Numbered from the stretch's first letter, positions 29,288 to 38,741 are shown. The stretch is 64,000 nucleotides of DNA from an uncultured Eubacteriales bacterium (GCA_902492505.1 CABULU010000003.1:3710-67709), one strand, 5' to 3'. Notes: a model not told the origin generated them from the sequence alone. Numbers and translations are program-made.

Positions 29288-29578
29288 ATGGCGAACGAAT
29301 TCGGAAACGACATAATTACGCTTACCGACGAAAACGGGACGGAGCTCCAGTTTGAGCATTTCGGCTCAGTCGAGATGGACGGCACAATTTATGTCGGACT
29401 TATCGAACTCTTTGACGATCCGAAAAAACAGCTTGAAAGCGACGGCACGTTATTTATTCTCAAAACCATTGAGGATGACGCAGGTGAGGAAATTCTTGTC
29501 ACTATAGATGACGATAATGAGCTAAATCGTGTTTCAAGAGTATTTGAAGAGACGTTTGAAGACCTTATACTTGACTGA
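29288..29578 (+). CDS. DUF1292 family protein
   Basis: 96 aa, acidic. ITLTDENGTELQFEHFGSVEMDGTIYVGL pattern typical of DUF1292. Confidence 0.8.
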   Translation: MANEFGNDIITLTDENGTELQFEHFGSVEMDGTIYVGLIELFDDPKKQLESDGTLFILKTIEDDAGEEILVTIDDDNELNRVSRVFEETFEDLILD

Positions 29579-29635
29579 AAAGACACTGCCTGCGGTGTGC
29601 GTTGACTGTTTATTTTAAGCCTACATTAATTATAC

Positions 29636-29820
29636 GGGAATGATGCTCGAAGCCCTGTGAGCAAGCCGTACCGGCATTTTGCCTGATACGGAAGCCTGTG
29701 AAGGGTGACGGCGAACTCCCACCTGTGACTTTTCGCAGGGATTAAAGTATGCGGTTGACGGCATACGCGGGTTGAGAACACATGTTTACGGCTGCCTGAA
29801 AAACGGCAGCCGTAATTTAT
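29636..29820 (+). ncRNA. unclassified structured RNA candidate (6S-like small RNA or cis-regulatory leader of tcdA-trmB)
   Basis: 253-nt non-coding gap. Promoter-like TTGACT (29602..29607), 17 nt, ATTAAT (29625..29630). By hand, several mutually compatible helices are closed by a 5'/3' helix. A 9-bp GC-rich hairpin ACGGCTGCC/GGCAGCCGT (29788..29813) is followed by AATTTAT. Only short, implausible ORFs overlap. Ends are approximate. Confidence 0.4.
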
Positions 29821-29831
29821 AATATAAAACA

Positions 29832-30542
29832 ATGGAAATATTTACACGTACTAAAGCACTCATCGGAGAGTGCGGATTAAAAAAACTTAAAAATTCGCAG
29901 GTGCTGCTTTGCGGCTGCGGCGGCGTCGGTTCATACGCACTTGAAGCACTGGTGCGCGCGGGAATCGGCAAAATTACGGTGATAGACGCAGACAAAGTTG
30001 CGGTAAGCAATTTAAATCGTCAGTTAATAGCGACATCGGATACTGTCGGTATGCTAAAAACCGATGCTGCCGAAATACGGGCAAAATCAATAAATTCAGA
30101 TATTGATTTTACGGGGATTTCCAAATTTATAGACAGGCAGAATGCAGCAGAGCTGATTCCGAATAATACCGATTATATAATCGACGCGGTAGATTTTGTT
30201 CCTGCTAAGACAGCGCTTGCCGAATACGCATATCAAACTGATACGCCGATAATTTCCTGTCTGGGTACCGGAAACAGACTGGATGCAACGCAGTTTGAAA
30301 TATGCGATATATTTGAGACAAGCGGCTGTCCGCTCGCAAGAAAAATGAGATGCGAGCTGAAAAAAGCGGGTGTTATGAAGCTTGACGTGCTATATTCAAA
30401 AGCGCCCGTCATACAGCCGGAATATGAAATATCCGATGAAGGAAAACGCACAGTGGGTTCGATATCGTATGTTCCGTCAGCCGCAGGTCTTTTACTTGCA
30501 CAGCATGTTATTACAAGCCTTTTGGAGGAAAACCGAAATTGA
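29832..30542 (+). CDS. tcdA: tRNA threonylcarbamoyladenosine dehydratase (ThiF/MoeB-family E1-like)
   Basis: 236 aa. Rossmann GCGGVGS, NLNRQ motif. Size and pattern fit TcdA/YrvM. No Shine-Dalgarno sequence upstream. Confidence 0.8.
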   Translation: MEIFTRTKALIGECGLKKLKNSQVLLCGCGGVGSYALEALVRAGIGKITVIDADKVAVSNLNRQLIATSDTVGMLKTDAAEIRAKSINSDIDFTGISKFIDRQNAAELIPNNTDYIIDAVDFVPAKTALAEYAYQTDTPIISCLGTGNRLDATQFEICDIFETSGCPLARKMRCELKKAGVMKLDVLYSKAPVIQPEYEISDEGKRTVGSISYVPSAAGLLLAQHVITSLLEENRN

Positions 30543-31204
30543 GACTGAGAAGAAAGAAGAACAGAGATACAAGGTTTGAGCGATGCGCTGAATTTGCGCT
30601 CACACCGGAGCCGTCGCTTAAAGACCGCTTTTACGATGTTTTTGACAAAAGCAGAGTGCTCGAAATGGAAATCGGCTCCGGGAAGGGCGGTTTTATAACT
30701 CAGTGCGCAGCTCAAAATCAAAACCGCAGCTTTATATCCATAGAAAGAGTTAAGGATTGCATACTCATGGGCATGGAAAAGGCATATAACGCGGGGCTTG
30801 GTAACATCCGCTTTATCTGCGCCGATGCCGAGATACTGCCGTCAATTCTGCCAGAAAAATGCGCGGATGTCATTTACATAAATTTCTGCGATCCTTGGCC
30901 TAAAGCTGCTCATGCCAAGCGCAGACTGACACACAGAAAAATGATAAAACACTACCTGCCTCTGCTGAAAAACGGCGGCGAAATCCGCTTCAAAACAGAT
31001 AATGACGGTTTGTTTGAATTTACGCTTAAAGAATTTGAAGAGCTTAGCTTTGAAATGTCTGAGATAACACGCGACCTTCATTCGACAGCTACACCCAATA
31101 TCATGACCGAGTATGAAAAGCGTTTTTCCGACATGGGCGTCAAAATAAAGCGGCTTGTTGCAAAGCCGACAGATACAACCTATAAAATTTTAACGGAGCT
31201 TTAA
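30539..31204 (+). CDS. trmB: tRNA (guanine46-N7)-methyltransferase
   Basis: 221 aa. SAM motif EIGSGKGGF and DPWPK motif. TTG start overlaps the tcdA stop (TTGA). Confidence 0.9.
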   Translation: MRLRRKKNRDTRFERCAEFALTPEPSLKDRFYDVFDKSRVLEMEIGSGKGGFITQCAAQNQNRSFISIERVKDCILMGMEKAYNAGLGNIRFICADAEILPSILPEKCADVIYINFCDPWPKAAHAKRRLTHRKMIKHYLPLLKNGGEIRFKTDNDGLFEFTLKEFEELSFEMSEITRDLHSTATPNIMTEYEKRFSDMGVKIKRLVAKPTDTTYKILTEL

Positions 31205-31249
31205 AACATGTGCCGGCTGATTCCAGCCGGTACTTACATTTAATGTCAT

Positions 31250-31278
31250 TTGACTGCATATCAATATCATGCTATAAT
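31250..31278 (+). promoter_or_regulatory. near-consensus sigma-A promoter for the SLH protein gene
   Basis: TTGACT (31250..31255), 17 nt, TATAAT (31273..31278), 30 nt upstream of ATG 31309. Confidence 0.7.
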
Positions 31279-31308
31279 AAATACACTTACTTATTCCGGA
31301 GGGAAAAC

Positions 31309-33480
31309 ATGAAGAAAAGAATTCTGTCTATTATTTTATGCACGGTATTATCGTTTACAGCCCTATCCTGCTATGTCCGGGCCGAAAGCTACTGGGATGT
31401 GCAGGCAGACTACCTGAAAGCGCTGGAAAGCGGAAATTCTGATGAAATAATTTCCTGTGTTAAAAGAATAGAAGCGGTATATCCCGCACCAAGCAATGAA
31501 ACCGAATATCTTCGGCTGGCATTTCCGAGAGAGCGCGCAGCACTCGAATATGAAAAAAGCGGACTTTATACCGAAGCTTGTAAATACTACCGCAAGGCGC
31601 TTGAATGTTTTGTCTGGCTAAACGACAACGGAAAAGATTACAGAGACAAAATAATGCTGACAGAGGCAATGATAGCGCAAACCGAGGGTATTTTTGAAGT
31701 ATACACCGAATCGGAAACAAGCAGTGACGTTCCGTATTTCGGTCAAATAAACGAACCTGAAAGCAATTTCGGCACATATTACGGCATGTGCAGTGATTAC
31801 ATCGGCGGGAACCAAAGCGCCAAGCTAATTTACGTTCAGTTTTTCACCGAGGACATCGGACCGTTTGACTGGCAGTTACCGCCCAACAAGTACGACCTTG
31901 TGGAGATAGGCTGGAACGTGCCCAATGAGACATATGAGGATTTGGAGCGGGTTTGTGCAGATGAAACCCGCGAATATATCGAAAGAAACGTCAAGTGGCT
32001 TGCAGAACAGGACTTTAAATTTATTATCCGATTCGGTGCAGAAGTGAACTGCTGGGAAGATCTTGAAAATTATACTACCGAGCAGCAGAAAAAGCAGTTT
32101 ACGGACAAATTTAAAGAAGCCTTTGCAACAGTCGCAGATTATGTTCACAGGCTGGCACCCAACTGCGCTATGATGTACTCGCCCAATGATATTTCCAACT
32201 GGTATTATACCGCTGAGGACTTTTATCCGGGTGATGAATATGTAGACTGGGTAGGAATGTCAACATACGGCAAGATTTCCTCTGCCGCGTCAGAAGAAGC
32301 AGGCAGCCAGACGGACGCATGGTACGGCCGCGGAATATATGAAAATCAGCTGCTCAGAATAAAGAACATTGTCGATACATTCGGCGACCGCAAGCCTATA
32401 GCCGTTAGCGAATGCGGGTTTGCCTACCGGGACTCCAAAGGAATTCAGACGTTGGAGCACGCAAAAGAATCGCTTCGCTATTTTTATACATATGTGAACA
32501 TGGTATATCCGCAAATCAGAGCTATTTATTATTTCAATACGGATTTTGCGGGAACAAGCTATTCTCTTAAAAACAATCAGGAAATGTATAATACATATGT
32601 ACAAACAGTAAACCAAAACATTGCGATGCAAAAAACAACGCAGATCAGCGGTCAGAATTATATGAAGCTGAAAAATCTCAATGAAGCGGCAAATCAAATA
32701 ACGCTCTATACATGCTCATATTATCCCGGCGGCGAAAGCACAGTCAGCTATGAGCTGGACGGCAAAATGCTATCATCGGAAAACGGATATCCTTACAAAT
32801 GCACCTTTCAGAGACCAGATACCGGCATGCACACACTTAAAGTGACAGCCAAAACGGGCAAGACCGTCAAAACAAAGATTTACGGAATAGAGATTTCCAA
32901 CGACGGCACAATACATGCCATTGAATCTAAAATGACAGACGTAAAAGTGACAAGCTGGGCTTTTAAGCCGATTTCATACGTTGTTGAAAACAATCTTTTC
33001 AACGGAATGACGGAAAATACGTTTGAACCCGCCACAAACCTAACGCGCGGAATGCTTGTAACGGTTATCGGCAGACTGGAAGGTGTTGATGAAAACAGAA
33101 ACGCCGACACTGCATTCAGTGATGTCCGCAAAAACAAATACTACACCGGATACATAAAATGGGCGTCAGATAACGGAATTATAAACGGCATAAGTCCGGA
33201 CAAATTTGCTCCCGATACATTTATAACCCGAGAACAGACGGCAACTATTCTTTTCAGATATGCACGATTCAAAGGCTATGATACAAGCGGAAGAAATACT
33301 CTGACTCAATACTCCGACAGCGGTAAAATCGGAAAGTTCGCCAGAGAGGCTATGGAATGGGCAAACTATTCCCAAATAATAAACGGTATGACACCGACCG
33401 AACTTGAACCGAAAGGTTTTGCCACGCGCGCACAGATTGCTAAAATAATTATGGTATTTGACATGCTTTACAATGAATAA
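31309..33480 (+). CDS. secreted cell-surface protein: helical N-domain, GH26-like (clan GH-A) domain, Ig-like region, three C-terminal SLH repeats
   Basis: Start moved to ATG 31309 (MKKRILSIILCTVLSFTALSCYVRA signal peptide; GGAGGG RBS). IIRFGAEVNCWE and KPIAVSECGFA resemble GH26 acid/base and nucleophile strands. The C-terminus has three SLH-type repeats (FxD...Y...I...A...GIxxG). Confidence 0.7.
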   Translation: MKKRILSIILCTVLSFTALSCYVRAESYWDVQADYLKALESGNSDEIISCVKRIEAVYPAPSNETEYLRLAFPRERAALEYEKSGLYTEACKYYRKALECFVWLNDNGKDYRDKIMLTEAMIAQTEGIFEVYTESETSSDVPYFGQINEPESNFGTYYGMCSDYIGGNQSAKLIYVQFFTEDIGPFDWQLPPNKYDLVEIGWNVPNETYEDLERVCADETREYIERNVKWLAEQDFKFIIRFGAEVNCWEDLENYTTEQQKKQFTDKFKEAFATVADYVHRLAPNCAMMYSPNDISNWYYTAEDFYPGDEYVDWVGMSTYGKISSAASEEAGSQTDAWYGRGIYENQLLRIKNIVDTFGDRKPIAVSECGFAYRDSKGIQTLEHAKESLRYFYTYVNMVYPQIRAIYYFNTDFAGTSYSLKNNQEMYNTYVQTVNQNIAMQKTTQISGQNYMKLKNLNEAANQITLYTCSYYPGGESTVSYELDGKMLSSENGYPYKCTFQRPDTGMHTLKVTAKTGKTVKTKIYGIEISNDGTIHAIESKMTDVKVTSWAFKPISYVVENNLFNGMTENTFEPATNLTRGMLVTVIGRLEGVDENRNADTAFSDVRKNKYYTGYIKWASDNGIINGISPDKFAPDTFITREQTATILFRYARFKGYDTSGRNTLTQYSDSGKIGKFAREAMEWANYSQIINGMTPTELEPKGFATRAQIAKIIMVFDMLYNE

Positions 33481-33481
33481 A

Positions 33482-33513
33482 AAATATCTCTCGGTATACA
33501 CCGAGAGATATTT
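33482..33513. terminator. bidirectional terminator (SLH protein gene / htpG)
   Basis: AAATATCTCTCGGT-ATAC-ACCGAGAGATATTT between convergent genes. Confidence 0.85.
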
Positions 33514-33520
33514 TTATTTA

Positions 33521-35407
33521 TTATGAAATCAGTCCACAGACAAGACCCGCAAGCTCTGTCGGATTATCCACCGTCATACCGCCGATAAGACGTGCCTGCG
33601 CATAAAGTATTTTTGAGTACTCCGAAAGCTTCTCCCTGTCGCTGCCGTATAGTTCACGCAGCTTTTTAGCGATCGGATGAGCCTCGTTTATTTCAAGTGC
33701 CGTTTGGGCCCTTACAGGAGCAGCGCCGTTTTCCGGCATTTTTTCAAGCACTTTTTCCATACCAAGCGATACATCGCCCTCACTTACAAGACAAACCGGG
33801 TGATTTTTCAGCGACTTTGTAAAGCGGACAACATTTACACTGTCCCCAAGCGCTTCTTTCATGCACTTAAACATATCCTCGTACTGCTTGTTTTCTTCCT
33901 CAAGCTCCTTTTTCTCTTCGTCGGACAAAATATCAAGCCCGCCGTCACAGACATTTGTGAACTCCTTATCATCGTATTTACCGAGCATTTTAAGTGCAAA
34001 TTCATCCACATCATCCGTAAGATACAGAATTTCAAAGCCTTTATCTTTAACGGCCTCTACCTGCGGCAGCATATCAATTTTATCCACTGTCTCGCCGGCA
34101 GCATAATATATTGTTTTCTGATCTTCTTTCATGCGTGATACGTATTCCTTGAGCGAAACATATTTTTTATCCGCCGAAGAAATAAAAAGAATAAGATCTT
34201 TCAATACGTCTTTATGAGTACCATAATCGGAATACAATCCGTATTTAAGTTGAATTCCGAAAGCCTTGAAAAATTCCTCGTATTTTTCCCGCTCGTCTTT
34301 CAGCATCTTTAACAGTTCATTTTTTATCTTCTTCTCAATATTTTTTGCAATGCTCTTCAGCTGTGCGTCATGCTGAAGCGTCTCGCGGGAAATATTAAGC
34401 GAAAGATCTGCGCTGTCGGCAACCCCGCGTACAAAGCTGAAATAATCCGGCAAAAGATCCGCGCATTTATCCATGATAAGAACTCCGCTTGAATAGAGCT
34501 GGAGACCCTTTTCAAAATCCTTTGTATAGTAATCAAACGGTGCATGCTTTGGTATGAAAAGCAAGACATCGCTGGACGTCAAGCCTTCAAATTTGGAATG
34601 AATAATTTTGATAGGAGACTCATAGTCAAAGAATTTTTCTCTGTAAAAGCCCTCATACTCCTCATTCGTACATTCAGACGCCTGCTTTTTCCAAATCGGA
34701 ATCATACTGTTAAGAGTCTGCGTTTCAACAACCGTCTCATATTCGCCTTCCTTACCCTCAACAGGCACACTCTTGTCCATATCCATTTTTATAGGATAGC
34801 GCAGATAGTCGGAGTATTTTTTGACAAGTGCGCGAATACGGTATTTATCAAGAAACTCGCTGTAATTCTCGTTTTCCGCATCCTCCTTGACGTGAAGCGT
34901 AATTACCGTACCGCAGCTGTCTTTTTGAGCTTCAGTTACTGTGTATCCGTCAACGCCGGATGATTTCCACTCATATGCCTGTTCATTGCCGTATGCCCGG
35001 CTTAAAACGCTGATACTGTCACTTACCATAAAAGCGGAGTAAAAACCGACACCGAACTGACCGATTATATCCACATCCTCTTTTTTCTCATTATCGTTTT
35101 TAAAATCAAAAGAGCCGCTTTTAGCAATCGTACCGAGATTGTTTTCAAGCTCATCCTTTGTCATACCAATTCCGTTATCCTCTATGACGATTGTACGGCT
35201 GTCCTTGTCGACCGACAGCTTTATCTCAAAGCTCTCCTTTGACAGACCGACATCACCGTCAGTGAGAGAACGATAGTACAGCTTGTCTATCGCATCGCTC
35301 GCATTAGACAAAAGCTCACGTAAAAATATCTCCTTATGCGTGTATATAGAGTTAATCATCATATCGAGTAATTTCTTCGATTCTGTCTTAAATTGTTTTT
35401 TAGCCAT
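33521..35407 (-). CDS. htpG: molecular chaperone HtpG (Hsp90)
   Basis: 628 aa. N-terminal GHKL motifs ELLSNASDAIDK and DNGIGM. Confidence 0.95.
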   Translation of the reverse strand: MAKKQFKTESKKLLDMMINSIYTHKEIFLRELLSNASDAIDKLYYRSLTDGDVGLSKESFEIKLSVDKDSRTIVIEDNGIGMTKDELENNLGTIAKSGSFDFKNDNEKKEDVDIIGQFGVGFYSAFMVSDSISVLSRAYGNEQAYEWKSSGVDGYTVTEAQKDSCGTVITLHVKEDAENENYSEFLDKYRIRALVKKYSDYLRYPIKMDMDKSVPVEGKEGEYETVVETQTLNSMIPIWKKQASECTNEEYEGFYREKFFDYESPIKIIHSKFEGLTSSDVLLFIPKHAPFDYYTKDFEKGLQLYSSGVLIMDKCADLLPDYFSFVRGVADSADLSLNISRETLQHDAQLKSIAKNIEKKIKNELLKMLKDEREKYEEFFKAFGIQLKYGLYSDYGTHKDVLKDLILFISSADKKYVSLKEYVSRMKEDQKTIYYAAGETVDKIDMLPQVEAVKDKGFEILYLTDDVDEFALKMLGKYDDKEFTNVCDGGLDILSDEEKKELEEENKQYEDMFKCMKEALGDSVNVVRFTKSLKNHPVCLVSEGDVSLGMEKVLEKMPENGAAPVRAQTALEINEAHPIAKKLRELYGSDREKLSEYSKILYAQARLIGGMTVDNPTELAGLVCGLIS

Positions 35408-35430
35408 TATATATCACCCTTTTAATAAAA

Positions 35431-35457
35431 TTAGCACTCATTATTTCAGACTGCTAA
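35431..35457 (-). promoter_or_regulatory. CIRCE element (HrcA operator) in the htpG leader
   Basis: TTAGCACTC-N9-GACTGCTAA versus consensus TTAGCACTC-N9-GAGTGCTAA (one mismatch). Starts 24 nt upstream of the htpG ATG and abuts the predicted -10. Confidence 0.8.
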
Positions 35458-35460
35458 TAT

Positions 35461-35488
35461 ATTGTACCACTATTTTCAAATTTTTCAA
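35461..35488 (-). promoter_or_regulatory. sigma-A promoter for htpG (extended -10)
   Basis: Minus strand TTGAAA (35488..35483), 16 nt, TGgTACAAT (35469..35461). Confidence 0.6.
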
Positions 35489-35512
35489 TAGGTTTTCAAT
35501 AAAAAAACAGCC

Positions 35513-36214
35513 TCACGGCTGTTTTCTGTCGTTCTTCTTACACATTATGTGATAAACGGAAAAACCTATGGCACTTAAAACAAGTGTTACCGCAAATACT
35601 ACAATAGCAAACACATAATTTTGCATTCCAAGCGCATTGCCGCCAATGGTAGAGGTCACAATCGACGGAAGACGGGCAACACTTGTTATAAGAATAAAAT
35701 GGAGAGTTCTTATTTTCGTAAGACCTATAAAGTAAACCATGAGGTCCTTCGGCGTTCCCGGTATCAAAAAGATAATAAAGGTTATAATTTCAAGCCGCTT
35801 GGCATTTTTTAAAAACTTCAGGTTGTTTATTTTGTCAACTGAAAAAAACAGTTCAACAACGCGCACTCCGAAGGTGCGCACGAACACAAACACAACAAGG
35901 CTTCCAAGCAATCCGCCGATTACAGATAAGACAGTACCCTCCAGTGCACCGAACGCATAACCTGCGCCTATTTCCAGCGGTTCACCCGGAATAATTGCAA
36001 AGATAACCTGAAGCGCAACCATCCCGATAAATATAAGCTGACCGAAAATCCCTTTGGAATCTATCCACTCTCGAAATATTTCCGGTTCCGAAACAAAGTG
36101 CAGCATCGGCCTGCCGATATACCAGCAGACGGCCGCCGAAAAAACTATAAATACCGCAATTGAAAGTATTCCGAAGCCCTTTTTATGACGCTGTACAAAT
36201 TTATCGTCTGACAT
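35513..36214 (-). CDS. TVP38/TMEM64 (DedA-related, VTT domain) membrane protein
   Basis: 233 aa, polytopic. IPGEPLEIGAGYAFG and LIPGTPKD motifs. Confidence 0.8.
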   Translation of the reverse strand: MSDDKFVQRHKKGFGILSIAVFIVFSAAVCWYIGRPMLHFVSEPEIFREWIDSKGIFGQLIFIGMVALQVIFAIIPGEPLEIGAGYAFGALEGTVLSVIGGLLGSLVVFVFVRTFGVRVVELFFSVDKINNLKFLKNAKRLEIITFIIFLIPGTPKDLMVYFIGLTKIRTLHFILITSVARLPSIVTSTIGGNALGMQNYVFAIVVFAVTLVLSAIGFSVYHIMCKKNDRKQP

Positions 36215-36219
36215 ACCTA

Positions 36220-36921
36220 TCAGGGAGCGCAGCTGAGTATGCGCTCACCCTCCTCTTCTTTTATATAACCGTATTTTACAAGCTTATTTATAACCTGCGC
36301 CTGACGCTGGCTTGCAAGTTCGGGATTGTTATCCAGCGAATAGACGGAAGGCGCATTTGGCAAACCCGCCAGCATTGTGCTCTCATAATCCGAAAGCTCC
36401 CACGGCTCTTTATCAAAATAACCGAGGCTTGCCGCACGCACCGAATAATATCCGCTGCCAAAATAAATAGTATTTACATAAAGCTCCAGTATTTCATCCT
36501 TGGTATACATCCGCTCAAGACGCAAAGCCATAAACATCTCGGCAATTTTACGTTCAAATTTTTTTGACTGGGTAAAAAATATATTCTTTGCAAACTGTTG
36601 AGTTATCGTGCTGCCGCCCTCAACAAGTTTCATCTCACGTATATCGGTAAGCACGGCGCGCCCGATTGAAATAATATCAATACCGGGATGATAATAAAAC
36701 CGCCTGTCCTCTACCGCAATAACCGCGTCAAGGTACATTTGAGGCAAAACGTCAATGGAAACATAATCTTCATCGCTTTTTATTTTCTCTATTGCCTGCG
36801 CCGGCGGGTTATCGCGCAGCACCTTGCAGTACATCGCGTACCCCTTAACGGTAATAATAGCACCGATTAAAAAAATAACGGCGCAAATCGAAAGGACCGA
36901 ATATTTCAGAAGCTTCTTCAT
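36220..36921 (-). CDS. monofunctional peptidoglycan glycosyltransferase (GT51)
   Basis: 233 aa. N-terminal TM anchor, EDRRFYYHPGID and GGSTITQQ motifs. No transpeptidase domain. Confidence 0.85.
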   Translation of the reverse strand: MKKLLKYSVLSICAVIFLIGAIITVKGYAMYCKVLRDNPPAQAIEKIKSDEDYVSIDVLPQMYLDAVIAVEDRRFYYHPGIDIISIGRAVLTDIREMKLVEGGSTITQQFAKNIFFTQSKKFERKIAEMFMALRLERMYTKDEILELYVNTIYFGSGYYSVRAASLGYFDKEPWELSDYESTMLAGLPNAPSVYSLDNNPELASQRQAQVINKLVKYGYIKEEEGERILSCAP

Positions 36922-37002
36922 ATAATCACCGCCTTTGTATTATCAGTATAGCACAATACTTTCAATAATAAAAGGGGTTTTACCGTTTATTAAAAAATTG
37001 TA

Positions 37003-37045
37003 ATAAAAAATCGGAGCTTTACCGCTTTTAATGCGAAAAGCCCCG
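37003..37045 (-). terminator. rho-independent terminator ending the pur/one-carbon operon
   Basis: Minus strand CGGGGCTTTTCGC-ATTAAAA-GCGGTAAAGCTCCG (imperfect stem of about 11 bp) followed by ATTTTTTATTA, 15 nt after the fhs stop. Confidence 0.7.
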
Positions 37046-37059
37046 ATAACTATTACCGT

Positions 37060-38730
37060 TTAAAACAATCCCGTGATAATTCCGTCACTTGAAACGTCTA
37101 TTTTTTCAGCAGCGGGTAATTTCGGAAGGCCCGGCATTGTCATTATATCTCCCGTCAGTACGACAATGAAGCCCGCACCGGCGGAAATTTTCACATTTTT
37201 TACCGTTACCGTAAAGTCGTCAGGCGCGCCTGTTTTTGCAGGGTCATCCGAAAAGCTGTACTGTGTTTTGGCAATACAGACAGGCAGGTCGCCGTAGCCC
37301 AAAGCCGTCAGTTCTGCAATCTGCTTTGACGCTGCAGCAGTAAAGCTCACGCCGGCGCCGCCGTAAACTTTTGTGACAATCTTTCTGACTTTTTCTTCTA
37401 TACCGTCTTCAAGCTCATAGCAGAAATTAAAGCTCCCCTTCTCTTCCTCGCACAAACGCACAACCTCGCGTGCAAGCGCCTCACCGCCCGCGCCGCCGTC
37501 TGCCCATACGGTCGAAAGCACCACGTTTACGCCGAGTGAGCGGCATTTTTCAATAATTAGCTTGATTTCTGCATCCGTATCTGTCGGAAAACGGTTTACT
37601 GCAACAACCGACGGAAGTCCGTACACATTTTTAATATTGGAAACATGTCGCAAAAGATTTGGCATACCATTTTCAAGTGCTTCAAGGTTTTCACTTGCAA
37701 GCTCTGTTTTTGCAAGACCGCCGTGCATTTTAAGCGCACGCACTGTTGCAACAATCACAACGGCCGACGGTTCCAGTCCGGCTGCACGGCACTTGATATC
37801 AAGGAATTTTTCCGCGCCGAGATCCGCGCCAAAGCCCGCCTCGGTCACAGCATAATCTCCAAGCTTCAACGCCATTTTTGTTGCAGTGACTGAATTGCAG
37901 CCGTGCGCAATATTGGCGAACGGACCGCCGTGTATAAGCGCGGGAGTTCCCTCAAGAGTCTGAACAAGATTGGGCTTAACGGCATCCTTTAAAAGCGCCG
38001 CCATAGCGCCCGCAGCCTTTAGTTGACCGGCGGTTACCGGCTGACCGTAAAAATTATATGCTACTATAATCCTGCTTAATCTGTCCTTTAAATCGTCTAT
38101 TGACAAAGACAGACAAAGTACAGCCATTACCTCGGAAGCAACGGTTATATCAAAACCGTCCTCACGCGGCACGCCGTTTATCTTTCCGCCCAATCCGTCC
38201 ACAACATTGCGCAGCTGACGGTCATTCATGTCAACGCAGCGCTTCCACGTAATACGACGAGTGTCAATACCCAGCGCGTTTCCCTGATGAATATGATTAT
38301 CAAGCATCGCTGCAAGCAGATTGTTTGCCGCACCTATGGCATGAAAATCACCAGTAAAATGCAGGTTGATATCCTCCATCGGCACAACCTGAGCATAGCC
38401 GCCGCCCGCCGCGCCGCCTTTGATACCGAAAACAGGACCGAGCGACGGCTCGCGCAGGGCGGTGACAACCTTTTTGCCTATGCGTGACAGTCCGTCGGCA
38501 AGACCTATTGTCGTTGTCGTTTTCCCCTCTCCGGCAGGAGTTGGCGTTATCGCTGTAACAAGCACCAGTTTACCGTCCGGCTTTTGGACCTCATTCATAA
38601 TTGAAAGATCAATCTTTGCCTTGTATTTACCGTACTGTTCAACATACTTTTCATCAATTCCGGCATTTTTAGCAATTTCAGCGATGGGACGCATTTTTGC
38701 CGACTGAGCTATCTCTATATCCGTTTTCAA
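37060..38730 (-). CDS. fhs: formate--tetrahydrofolate ligase
   Basis: 556 aa. [16 protein letters not shown]-loop and a full-length FTHFS pattern. Confidence 0.95.
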   Translation of the reverse strand: MKTDIEIAQSAKMRPIAEIAKNAGIDEKYVEQYGKYKAKIDLSIMNEVQKPDGKLVLVTAITPTPAGEGKTTTTIGLADGLSRIGKKVVTALREPSLGPVFGIKGGAAGGGYAQVVPMEDINLHFTGDFHAIGAANNLLAAMLDNHIHQGNALGIDTRRITWKRCVDMNDRQLRNVVDGLGGKINGVPREDGFDITVASEVMAVLCLSLSIDDLKDRLSRIIVAYNFYGQPVTAGQLKAAGAMAALLKDAVKPNLVQTLEGTPALIHGGPFANIAHGCNSVTATKMALKLGDYAVTEAGFGADLGAEKFLDIKCRAAGLEPSAVVIVATVRALKMHGGLAKTELASENLEALENGMPNLLRHVSNIKNVYGLPSVVAVNRFPTDTDAEIKLIIEKCRSLGVNVVLSTVWADGGAGGEALAREVVRLCEEEKGSFNFCYELEDGIEEKVRKIVTKVYGGAGVSFTAAASKQIAELTALGYGDLPVCIAKTQYSFSDDPAKTGAPDDFTVTVKNVKISAGAGFIVVLTGDIMTMPGLPKLPAAEKIDVSSDGIITGLF

Positions 38731-38741
38731 AGTATCACCTC

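Noticed and set aside
29693-29745. Resemblance of ACCUGUGACUUUUCGCAGGGA to the TPP-riboswitch pyrophosphate-sensor arm (ACCUGAUCUGG...CCAGCGUAGGGA), and a T-box reading of the leader
   Set aside because: There is no CUGAGA element, no P2/P3 GGGGUGC...ACCC helix and no P5 hairpin. For a T-box there is no GGUGGNACCGCG box or specifier-loop architecture. The downstream genes are also unrelated to thiamine or aminoacyl-tRNA synthesis.
29626-30010. Small minus-strand ORFs 29626..29832 (68 aa) and 29786..30010 (74 aa)
   Set aside because: They have no RBS and their translations are Cys/Arg/His-rich. One overlaps the tcdA start in antisense. The region is better explained as structured RNA plus the tcdA 5' end.
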